Below, piece by piece: positions 1 through 7,587 of a stretch of 64,000 bases of DNA. The notes below the pieces were generated by a model that saw nothing but the letters and a program-made list of their open reading frames with translations, was not told the DNA's origin and did not search any database. The DNA comes from an uncultured Pseudomonadota bacterium. GTDB taxonomy: Bacteria; Pseudomonadota; Gammaproteobacteria; Burkholderiales; SG8-39. Numbering within the stretch: position 1 is the first letter of the stretch; every line of letters begins with the position of its first letter. The stretch spans positions 1,063-65,062 of the forward strand of contig CALCIE010000052.1 of assembly GCA_937907425.1 (NCBI GenBank), given 5' to 3'. A program made the translations under genes and the position numbers.

Positions 1-1
1 G

Positions 2-1492
2 TTGCGCAGTCTCGACTACGCGCTGCTCGCGAGCGCCGACGGCCACTGGTACCTGCGCGACCGGCGCCCGGCGCGCGGCTGGGGCCATTACATTCTCAAC
101 CGTGCGCCGCGCAGCCGGCTGCTGGTGGAAGTGCCGCGTACGCTCGATGAACGCTACGCGCTCGAAGCGGGCCTGGCCCTCTATTACGAAAGCGGGGCAC
201 GCGCCCTGGCGATTGCCGGCGCGCCCTCGGCGCCGGGCATCGACGTGCTGAAGGGCGGGGGCACCTTTTTCCACGCTTTTCATCTCGCCTACGCGCAGGA
301 CGAGGTGCTTGCCGTACGCGGTCCGGCCTATCGGCCGGGCACCGCTTCACCCGGCTGGTCGCCGGGCGCGACCAGCCGCCTGTGGGTGAACGACTCCGCC
401 TCGGCGGCACTGGCGGCCGAGGTGAGGCAGTGGGTGGAGGGGCCGCTCGTATCCGTCTGGAAGGCGCTGCCCACCCGCAACATCCAGCGCGACGCGACGC
501 CCGGCGTCTACGCGGAGCTGTATCTCGATATCGACGCCGCGGTACACATGGTTACGCGCCTTGAAAGCCGCGCACCGAGACTTGCCGCGTGGCGCCACGA
601 AGCGATCCGTGAGCGCCTGGACGAGTGGCTGCAACGCGAAACGGCCGCCATGGGCGGGACGGCCGGACACCGGGCGGGCTGGCGGCTCGCCTATTTCGAG
701 CGCGAAGTCCTCACGCCGCTGCTCGCATTGAGCGCCAGCGGCGGCCGGCGCGGCAACTGGAGTCCGGTCGTGCTGGCGCGATTGCGCGCGCTGCACTACA
801 TGGCCGATGCGACGGGGCATACCGTGCTGCGCATTCACGACCGGCGTGCCCGGCAGGCCTACCTGGTGCTCGACGAGCGGGACGGCGCACGCAGCCGTTA
901 CATCTTCCGCGCGGGGGGAGGCGACAACTACGCGGTCAACGCACCCGGCGCGGCCGAAGCGCCGCAGGCGCTTGCCTACGGGCTCAAGCTGTTCCACGCC
1001 CTCAAGGCGCGTGCGCTGCTCGTGTGCGATACGAAGACCGAGCCCGAGCGTTACGCGCTGGCGCATCGTGTGCTCCAGCGGGAGTGGGGCGATGAGGAAG
1101 CCTTCCTGACCGTCGTCAGCCGCGGCTGGAAAGGCGACGACCTCGTCGCGCAGGCCGATGTGGCGCTCGCCCTGGCCGACGGCTCGATGTCGTGGCAGGA
1201 CGCGACGCCGTTGGCGACGCGGCTGCTGAAGGCAGTGAAGCGCAGCGGCTTGCGTTACCGCCTGCTGGAACGCGGGGACCATGCCGCCCTGGCCGAAGCG
1301 AGACGGCACGTCGATCTCGTCGGGCATGACGAAGTCGTGACCCTGTGGGTTTCGCCCGGCACCCGGTTCGCGGAAAGGCCACCGGGCAACCGTTCCGACA
1401 CGGCGCGCGATGCGTCGCGGTCCCCGGCGCCGCGGTCGCTTGCGGCGGCGCTGTCCGGCGGACGGAGCGTGTACGACCTTCGGCCAATGTAA
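2..1492 (+). CDS. Hypothetical protein, C-terminal 496 aa (5' end lies outside the window); appears internally duplicated
   Basis: The frame is open from the window edge, has strong GC3 bias, and stops at TAA 1490-1492. No family recognised. 'HYILNRAPRSRLLVEVPRTLDERYALEAGLALYYESGARALAIAG' and 'SRYIFRAGGGDNYAVNAPGAAEAPQALAYGLKLFHALKARALLVCD' look like two copies of one module. Confidence 0.55.
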   Translation: MRSLDYALLASADGHWYLRDRRPARGWGHYILNRAPRSRLLVEVPRTLDERYALEAGLALYYESGARALAIAGAPSAPGIDVLKGGGTFFHAFHLAYAQDEVLAVRGPAYRPGTASPGWSPGATSRLWVNDSASAALAAEVRQWVEGPLVSVWKALPTRNIQRDATPGVYAELYLDIDAAVHMVTRLESRAPRLAAWRHEAIRERLDEWLQRETAAMGGTAGHRAGWRLAYFEREVLTPLLALSASGGRRGNWSPVVLARLRALHYMADATGHTVLRIHDRRARQAYLVLDERDGARSRYIFRAGGGDNYAVNAPGAAEAPQALAYGLKLFHALKARALLVCDTKTEPERYALAHRVLQREWGDEEAFLTVVSRGWKGDDLVAQADVALALADGSMSWQDATPLATRLLKAVKRSGLRYRLLERGDHAALAEARRHVDLVGHDEVVTLWVSPGTRFAERPPGNRSDTARDASRSPAPRSLAAALSGGRSVYDLRPM

Positions 1493-1518
1493 GTGTTCTG
1501 CCGATTCCGCTATAGATA

Positions 1519-1539
1519 GGTATGCGCAATGCGCATACC
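1519..1539. promoter_or_regulatory. Perfect 21-bp palindrome GGTATGCGCA-A-TGCGCATACC (candidate operator or RNA hairpin)
   Basis: Read directly. The 10-nt arms are exact reverse complements around A1529. An AT-rich TATAGATA box (1511-1518) lies immediately upstream. The site sits between the stop of the upstream ORF and the SD/ATG (1545/1555) of the small ORF. Confidence 0.4.
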
Positions 1540-1554
1540 GCCGCGGAGTCGTCC

Positions 1555-1830
1555 ATGAACGCTTGCATGCACCGTCTGTTCTTGCAGCTCGATCCCGTGG
1601 GGCAGAAGATGCGCTTTCATCTGCGCGCGGGCACTTCCTTCACCGGTACCGTACACGCCGTCCACCATGACGAGGACGGGCGGATCGCCGTGATCCAACT
1701 GGTGCCGGGCCACAAGTCCACCGGCGACTTCATGTTCCTGGACGTGAACGACATCTGCGCCATCGCGTACGCCGAGTCCGCCAGTCAGGCGAGCCGACCG
1801 CGCGAAAAACTCGAAGTCGTGACGGGCTAG
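1555..1830 (+). CDS. Small hypothetical protein (91 aa from ATG 1555), possibly Sm/Hfq-like fold
   Basis: High GC3 in frame. GGAG at 1545-1548 lies 6 nt before ATG 1555. The ORF-track start (1522) lies inside the palindrome and has no SD. The core 'RFHLRAGTSFTGTVHAVHHDEDGRIAVIQL...FMFLDVNDICAIAY' loosely fits an Sm1/Sm2 pattern (inference only). Confidence 0.5.
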   Translation: MNACMHRLFLQLDPVGQKMRFHLRAGTSFTGTVHAVHHDEDGRIAVIQLVPGHKSTGDFMFLDVNDICAIAYAESASQASRPREKLEVVTG

Positions 1831-2178
1831 CGTTGCGAGCCTCGTTCCTTCGCCTCGCCGGCGGCTTGTCCGGCGCTCTGGAAAATCCTCTTCCCTGACG
1901 CGTGCGCGATGTTCGCATGAACCGCGCCGAGCATCGTCAAAAAGGCCAAGGCTTTTCGACAATCCTTACAACCCGAATGCGGGTTGGGCCGGGTCTTTGG
2001 ATTCGTGCAGGGGAAAGCGGACCTTTTGCGGTCGGAAGGCGCTCGATGTATTGCACCTTCGACGGGCTGCGTGTCGCTTCGAGTTACAACGGCCTGTCTC
2101 CCGCTGATTATCCGAATGTCGCAAATCCGCTTACATGTCGTTGGAAAACAACTCGTTTATGCACAGCACTCCGAAGTC

Positions 2179-2194
2179 TGGCACAGCCTGTGCA
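2179..2194 (+). promoter_or_regulatory. Candidate sigma54 (-24/-12) promoter TGGCAC-N5-GTGCA upstream of the EPS operon
   Basis: CTGGCACAGCCTGTGCAC compared with consensus YTGGCACGrNNNTTGCW: the GG and GC elements are correctly spaced, about 100 nt upstream of the wecB start. It also overlaps a GCACAG-C-CTGTGC palindrome, so the site is ambiguous. Confidence 0.3.
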
Positions 2195-2295
2195 CAGGCG
2201 CCGCACGAATACGAGTAACTGAAGAACTTTGCTGCCGTCCGCGCACGAACGGACAACGAGTGCGTGCGGGCGAAGGCATCGGAGGGACTGGGACC

Positions 2296-3588
2296 GTGTG
2301 GCGTACGACCAATGGTGGTAACGCCGTCGCGCTGATCTGCATGGGCACCCGCCCGGAGATCATCAAGATGGCGCCCGTGTATCGAGCGCTGAAGAATTCC
2401 AGGCTCGGCGTTGCGATTCTGCACACGGGACAACACGAGGAAATGGCCTGGCCGCTCTACGAGTTCTTCGGTATGCGGCCTGACCATTGTGTCAATCTCA
2501 ACCGCTCCTCGTCGGCGTTGTCTCATCTGAGCGCGCGCCTGCTCGAAGAAGTGGCGGGCGTGCTCGAAGTCGTGAAACCCAAGGTGGTGCTCGTGCACGG
2601 CGACACGTCGAGCACCTTGAGCGCCGCGCTCGCCGCGTTCTATCAGCAGATCCCCATCGGGCACGTGGAAGCCGGACTGCGAAGCGGCTCGATGTACGAC
2701 CCCTTTCCCGAAGAGATGAACCGCGCACTGGTCGGCCGAGTGGCGCAGTGGCACTTCGCGCCGACCGCGCAGGCTGCGGAGAACCTGCGGCGAGAGGGCG
2801 TGCCGCGCGAGCGCATCCATATCGTCGGCAATACCATCGTCGATGCCGCGCTATGGGGCTGCGAGCAGCTCGAACGGCGCGCGGAGTCTGCCGCGGAACT
2901 GATCGACAGCGGGCTCGGTCACGTGCCGACGCTGCTGCAGAAGCGTGATCGCAAGCTGATCCTCGTCACGGCTCACCGGCGCGAGAACTGGGGCGGCGGC
3001 ATCGCCGGCATCGCCCAGGCCGTTCGCAGACTGCTCGAAGAACGCGAAGAACTCTGCGTGGTCTGGCCGGTGCACGCCAACCGCATCGTGCGTGACACGG
3101 TGTATGTGGGCTTTCAGGGCATGGAGGATTCGGCGGCGAAGCGGCTGGTGTTGTGCGAACCGCTCAATTACACCGCACTGCTCTGGGTGCTGCGGCACGC
3201 GTGGATCACGATGACCGATTCGGGCGGCATCCAGGAGGAGGCGATCGCCGTCAAAGTGCCCGTGCTGGTGCTGCGCGAGACTACCGAGCGGCCCGAACTG
3301 CTCGCCGCCGGCGGCGGGGTACTCGTCGGTACCGATCCGCGGGCGATCGTCGAGCGCGTCCGCTGGCTGCTCGAAGACGAAGCCGCCCACCGGCGCATGC
3401 GCTCAGCGAAGAATCCGTTCGGAGACGGCCACGCTGCCGAGTACATCGCGCGCATTCTCGAGCAGGCGCTCGTTCCCCAGGATATTTCGCTGTCGCTGCC
3501 GCAACGGCCGTGCTTGGAGGAATGGACCGCGCGCGCGGCGGCCTGGAAGTTCGCGTCGTCCTCACCGCCCCGGTTGCCGGCGAATTAG
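2296..3588 (+). CDS. wecB: UDP-N-acetylglucosamine 2-epimerase (non-hydrolysing), WecB/MnaA type
   Basis: Motifs ICMGTRPEIIKMAPV, HTGQHEEM, VLVHGDTSSTL, GHVEAGLRS, PEEMNR and TDSGGIQEEA. GTG 2296 is preceded by GGAGGG (2281-2286). The longer ORF-track start (1984) lies in a low-GC3 leader. Confidence 0.85.
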   Translation: MWRTTNGGNAVALICMGTRPEIIKMAPVYRALKNSRLGVAILHTGQHEEMAWPLYEFFGMRPDHCVNLNRSSSALSHLSARLLEEVAGVLEVVKPKVVLVHGDTSSTLSAALAAFYQQIPIGHVEAGLRSGSMYDPFPEEMNRALVGRVAQWHFAPTAQAAENLRREGVPRERIHIVGNTIVDAALWGCEQLERRAESAAELIDSGLGHVPTLLQKRDRKLILVTAHRRENWGGGIAGIAQAVRRLLEEREELCVVWPVHANRIVRDTVYVGFQGMEDSAAKRLVLCEPLNYTALLWVLRHAWITMTDSGGIQEEAIAVKVPVLVLRETTERPELLAAGGGVLVGTDPRAIVERVRWLLEDEAAHRRMRSAKNPFGDGHAAEYIARILEQALVPQDISLSLPQRPCLEEWTARAAAWKFASSSPPRLPAN

Positions 3589-3600
3589 GAAGGACGCGCC

Positions 3601-5208
3601 ATGGACGCAAGCGACGTCCTTGCCATCGCGATGGTCTTCGCGATGGTGCTGCTGATATTCGTCAGCGTCGCCTTCCTCTTGAGCGGGCTCGACGACCTCT
3701 TCTTCGACATCTGCTACTTCTGCCGTTGGGTCTACCGGCGTCTTTTCGTCGAGCGCAAGCGCGTGCCGTTGACGGAGGATGCGTTGCTCGCGCGGCCTCA
3801 GCAGCCGATCGCGGTGATGGTGCCGGCATGGGACGAATCGGCCGTGATCCGGCCCATGCTGACGAACATGGTGCGCTCGCTGAACTACGACGCCTACCAC
3901 GTCTTCGTCGGAACCTACCCCAACGATCCCGCCACCCATCGCGAAGTGGACGCGGTTTGCGCGCTGTATCCGAACGTGCACCGGATCGTCACGCCGCACG
4001 ACGGGCCGACCAACAAGGCCGACTGCCTCAACTGGATCCTGCAGGGTATCAGGCGTTACGAGCGCGAAAGCGGCATCCGCTTCGAGATCTTCGTCATGCA
4101 GGACTGCGAGGATGTGATCCATCCTTTGTGTTACCGCGTGTTCAACCTGCTCGTGCCGCGTTTCGACATGGTGCAGGTGCCCGTGCTGGCGCTGCTGCCC
4201 AAGTGGTATCAGTTCACCGCCGGGCACTACATCGACGAGTTCGCGCAGCTGCACTACAAGGATCTCGCGGTGCGCGAGCGCCTCAACCGCAGCCTGCCGG
4301 CCGCCGGGGTGGGGTGCGCCTTCAGCCGGCGTGCCTTCGACATCATCGCCGAACGGAACAACAACATCGTGTTTTCCGTCGACTCGCTGACGGAGGACTA
4401 CGAATTCGGCTTCCGTATGAAGCAGTACGGGCTGACGCAGATCTTCGCGCAGGTGTGGGTGCAGGGACAGCGGCATCGCAGTCCCTTGCCGTCGCCAAAC
4501 CTGGTCTGCGTGCGCGAGTTCTTTCCGGCGACCCCGCGTGCCGCGGTCCGGCAGAAGTCGCGCTGGGTGCTCGGCATCACGCTCCAGGGCTGGGAAAACC
4601 TCGGCTGGATGCGCGGCTTCTGGACGCGCTACATGCTGGTGCGCGACCGCAAGGGGCTGCTCACCAACCTGGTCAACGTGCTCGCCTACCTGGTGGTGTT
4701 CGCCGTGACCGGGATGTGGCTGGCCAATCATTTCTATCCCGACTCCTACCGCTATCCGCCCTTGCTCGAGAAGGGCACCTGGCTGTGGTACGTGATCCTC
4801 GCCAACGGTGTGCTGCTCGTACACCGGGTCTCGATGCGCGCCTACTGCGTCTATCGCATATACGGCTGGCAGCAGGCGCTGCTTTCGATACCGCGCATGG
4901 TGTGGGGCAACTTCATCAACTTCCTCGCCACGGTGCGCGCGATCCGTCTGTACCTGCGCTACCTGCATACCGGAAAACTGATCGCGTGGGACAAGACCCA
5001 GCATGTCTATCCCTCGGAAGATCAGCTCGGCGCGGTGGTGCGCCCGCGTCTCGGCGAGCTGCTCGTCCAGTCGCGGATCATCACTCCCGAGCAGTTGCAG
5101 GACGCGCTCGCGCGTCAACAGCGGCACCGGGCGAGGCTGGGGGAGATCCTCAAGGAGATGGGGCTGGTTCAGGAGGATCAGCTCGCGTTCGCATTGAATG
5201 GACACTGA
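3601..5208 (+). CDS. nfrB: Inner-membrane family-2 glycosyltransferase (NfrB-like polysaccharide synthase) with C-terminal MshEN-like c-di-GMP-binding module
   Basis: N-terminal TM helix. GT2 core (AVMVPAWDES..., VMQDCEDVIHP, LTEDYEFGFR, QKSRW = Q/RxxRW-type motif). Several C-terminal TM helices. The last 55 aa carry two RLGxxL...L...L motifs. AGGAAGGA RBS lies before ATG 3601. Confidence 0.75.
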   Translation: MDASDVLAIAMVFAMVLLIFVSVAFLLSGLDDLFFDICYFCRWVYRRLFVERKRVPLTEDALLARPQQPIAVMVPAWDESAVIRPMLTNMVRSLNYDAYHVFVGTYPNDPATHREVDAVCALYPNVHRIVTPHDGPTNKADCLNWILQGIRRYERESGIRFEIFVMQDCEDVIHPLCYRVFNLLVPRFDMVQVPVLALLPKWYQFTAGHYIDEFAQLHYKDLAVRERLNRSLPAAGVGCAFSRRAFDIIAERNNNIVFSVDSLTEDYEFGFRMKQYGLTQIFAQVWVQGQRHRSPLPSPNLVCVREFFPATPRAAVRQKSRWVLGITLQGWENLGWMRGFWTRYMLVRDRKGLLTNLVNVLAYLVVFAVTGMWLANHFYPDSYRYPPLLEKGTWLWYVILANGVLLVHRVSMRAYCVYRIYGWQQALLSIPRMVWGNFINFLATVRAIRLYLRYLHTGKLIAWDKTQHVYPSEDQLGAVVRPRLGELLVQSRIITPEQLQDALARQQRHRARLGEILKEMGLVQEDQLAFALNGH

Positions 5209-5392
5209 GCACGAACGACGAGAGACGGAGGTGGGATGGAACGAGGTGTTGGAGCGTTATGCGCGGCGCCGGTCGCACTACCGTTAGGTCGCCCACGAGG
5301 AGCGGCTTCAGCATTTCAAGAGCGCGGTCCAGGGCATCACGGCCCCGGACTCCGCCTGGGTGAACCCCGCGGACTTCGTTCATTCCCCGTAA
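5198..5392 (+). pseudogene. Coding-like 64-codon frame interrupted by an in-frame TAG (5285-5287); possible decayed or recoded small gene
   Basis: ATG 5198 overlaps the nfrB stop. The frame reads MDTEHERRETEVGWNEVLERYARRRSHYR*VAHEERLQHFKSAVQGITAPDSAWVNPADFVHSP*. Downstream of the TAG, third positions are about 85% G/C and second positions about 44%, as in real genes here. There is no ATG/GTG/TTG between the TAG and GTG 5360, only 10 codons before the TAA. Confidence 0.3.
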
Positions 5393-5449
5393 CGCGGCGG
5401 ATCGGGCGTGTTGTTGCAACGAAGGACATTACGACATGAGGAGGCCACC

Positions 5450-5866
5450 ATGGCTAGGAGGATCTGGACCGTTCTGATGTTGGCACCGCTGACCGTTTCG
5501 GTCGCACTGGGTTATGCCGGCGAGGCGGGCGCCAAACCCGCGGAGCCTCCCGGGGCCGCGAAAGCCAAGCCCAATGACCCCAAGGCGGCTGCACCTAAGC
5601 CGAATGGCCCCAGGGCGGATGCGCCTAAGCCGGCGCCCAAGCCTGCGCCCAAGCCGGTGCGCATCCAACCCCCGCCCAAACCTGCGGTGCAGACCGTGGT
5701 GGCGCCGGGGACGTGGAAAGTCCACAGGCATCGCGGCAACTCGCCGCTGTTCAAGATGGGGCGCGAGAAGGAGTGGGTGGAGCATCCCGGACCGGGCAAG
5801 CGTCCCGTCATCAAGCGCCAGGACCGCCCCGGCAACGGGAACGGCAAAGGCAAGGGTCCACGATAG
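5450..5866 (+). CDS. Small exported Pro/Ala/Lys-rich protein (138 aa), function unknown
   Basis: GAGGAGG lies 6 nt upstream of ATG 5450. Signal peptide MARRIWTVLMLAPLTVSVALGYA, then (A/K)P repeats (APKPNGPRADAPKPAPKPAPKP), then a basic Gly/Lys tail. The earlier GTG 5408 in the track has no RBS. Confidence 0.6.
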   Translation: MARRIWTVLMLAPLTVSVALGYAGEAGAKPAEPPGAAKAKPNDPKAAAPKPNGPRADAPKPAPKPAPKPVRIQPPPKPAVQTVVAPGTWKVHRHRGNSPLFKMGREKEWVEHPGPGKRPVIKRQDRPGNGNGKGKGPR

Positions 5867-5907
5867 CCGCTTCGCGCGCGGTATTGCCGCTCGCAAAGGA
5901 GAGAGTC

Positions 5908-7572
5908 ATGAAAGCACGTCTCTATGCGTTCATCCTCGCGCTGGTCATGGCGCTTTGGGCGCCGTTCGGCGCGGCGCAGACCACGCCCATCAAAGCGCTG
6001 GTGCTTTACGATGCGCCGGCCACGGGGGACTACCAGAAACTGGCGTTCGCGTACGCGATCATGCTGCGCAATCTGCTCGGCCACTGGAACACCGATGTGG
6101 ATCTGCAGCCGGTGGAGCAGTACGCGAGCTCCCAGGTCGAGCAGTACGACGTGACCTTCTACATGGGCGGGATCTACGACAACCAGTTGCCCGCGAGCTT
6201 CATCGACGACGTGCACAACACCGACAAGACCGTCGTCTGGTTCAAGTACAACCTCTGGCAATACGCCTGGAATCCCAACTACGACTTCCGCGACCGCACC
6301 GGCCTCGGCTTCTACGGCCTGGTCGGCATGAACGGCCAGCCCACGCCGCAGAACCCGGAACCCGGCTTTTTCGACACAGTCGAGTACAAGGGCAAATCGC
6401 TGGTCAAGTACTACAGCTTCCAGAACGGCGTGGTCGCCGCCGACCCCGATCTCGGCATCGTCGGCGTCGAGGACCCGGCCAAGGCGCAGACGCTGGTGAC
6501 GATCCGCAATTCCAAGACCGGCCAGGTCGCGCCCTACATCGTGCGCGCCGGGAACTTCTGGTACGTGGCCGACATGCCGTTCTCCTACATCGGCCCGCGC
6601 GACCGCTATCTGGTGATCTGCGACATGCTGCACGACATCCTCGGCGTGCAGACGCCGACCATCCACCGTGCGATGGTGCGGCTGGAGGATGTGGGCGCGC
6701 TGGTGCTGCCCTCCACCATGGTGACGCTCACCGACTATCTGCACGGCAAGGGCATTCCGTTCTCGATCGCGGTGATCCCGTTCTACCGCGACCCGCTCGG
6801 CTGGTACAACGACGGCGTGCCGATGGAAATCCATCTCGCCGACGCCACCAACCTGCGCGCTTCGCTCGACTACGCCATCGCGCGCGGCGCGAAGCTGGTG
6901 ATGCACGGCTATACGCACCAGTACGGGTCGATGCGCAATATCCACACGGGCGTGAGCGGTGACGACTTCGAGTTCTGGAACGCGGTGGACAACGAACCCG
7001 TGCCGGAAGACTCGATCGCCTGGGCGCTGGGACGGCTCGATGCCGGCCTGGCCGAACTGCAGCTCAACGGCTACCACGTTTTCGCCTGGGAGGCGCCGCA
7101 TTACCAGTCCTCGCCCAAGGCGATCCGCGCCGCCGTCCAGCGCTTCCCCACCACCTACCAGCGCGTGGTGTACTACACCTCGGACGAGCCGGATTTCAAC
7201 CCGGCCAATCCGGCCCGGGATTTCGCGGTGGGGCAGTTCTTCCCCTACGTGATCGAGCGCGACTACTACGGCCAGCGCGTGCTGCCGGAGAACCTCGGCA
7301 ACATCGAATACGACATCAGGGAGATCGATCCCACCTCGAACTTCGACTACACCTGGGAGGATCTGCTGCTGAACGCTGAGATGGCGAAGGTGGTGCGTGA
7401 CGGTTTCGCCTCCTTCTTCTTCCATCCCTTCTGGCTCGATCCGGACGTCGGCACGCCGGGCTTCGAGGATTTCAAGAAGCTGGTGGAAGGCATCACCGCG
7501 CTCGGCTATACCTGGGTGGGCGCGCATACCCTGACGCCGCCCGGCTGGCTGGGCCTCAGCCAGGCACCCTGA
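5908..7572 (+). CDS. Exported polysaccharide deacetylase-like protein (DUF2334-type C-terminal domain plus unknown N-terminal domain)
   Basis: AAAGGAGAGA RBS and signal peptide MKARLYAFILALVMALWAPFGAAQ. The C-terminal half has RLEDVG, FSIAVIP and HGYTHQY motifs typical of the DUF2334/NodB-like deacetylase fold. The N-terminal ~250 aa is unassigned. Confidence 0.7.
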   Translation: MKARLYAFILALVMALWAPFGAAQTTPIKALVLYDAPATGDYQKLAFAYAIMLRNLLGHWNTDVDLQPVEQYASSQVEQYDVTFYMGGIYDNQLPASFIDDVHNTDKTVVWFKYNLWQYAWNPNYDFRDRTGLGFYGLVGMNGQPTPQNPEPGFFDTVEYKGKSLVKYYSFQNGVVAADPDLGIVGVEDPAKAQTLVTIRNSKTGQVAPYIVRAGNFWYVADMPFSYIGPRDRYLVICDMLHDILGVQTPTIHRAMVRLEDVGALVLPSTMVTLTDYLHGKGIPFSIAVIPFYRDPLGWYNDGVPMEIHLADATNLRASLDYAIARGAKLVMHGYTHQYGSMRNIHTGVSGDDFEFWNAVDNEPVPEDSIAWALGRLDAGLAELQLNGYHVFAWEAPHYQSSPKAIRAAVQRFPTTYQRVVYYTSDEPDFNPANPARDFAVGQFFPYVIERDYYGQRVLPENLGNIEYDIREIDPTSNFDYTWEDLLLNAEMAKVVRDGFASFFFHPFWLDPDVGTPGFEDFKKLVEGITALGYTWVGAHTLTPPGWLGLSQAP

Positions 7573-7587
7573 TCGAGGGATGCAGCC

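Noticed and set aside
1902-2222. 106-aa ORF inside the leader upstream of wecB, and the 1984 start of the wecB track ORF
   Set aside because: Third-position G+C is only about 50%, against over 80% in real genes here. There is no RBS. wecB homology begins near 2296, which has a GGAGGG RBS.
1831-2295. Possible c-di-GMP riboswitch (GEMM-I/II) in the EPS leader
   Set aside because: I could not find the conserved GGCAAACC / GGGACGCAAAGCC-type elements or the tetraloop-receptor arrangement by eye. This needs an Infernal scan to exclude formally.
3153-5363. 736-aa (+) and 547-aa (-, 3562..5205) ORFs overlapping the synthase gene
   Set aside because: These are off-frame or antisense to the GT2/MshEN protein. 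The products are Arg/Pro/Ala-rich nonsense.
5236-5439. 67-aa ORF with a good GGAGG upstream
   Set aside because: It has low GC3 and a Gly/Arg/Pro-rich product. The coding-like signal in this gap is in a different frame (reported separately as the amber-interrupted ORF).
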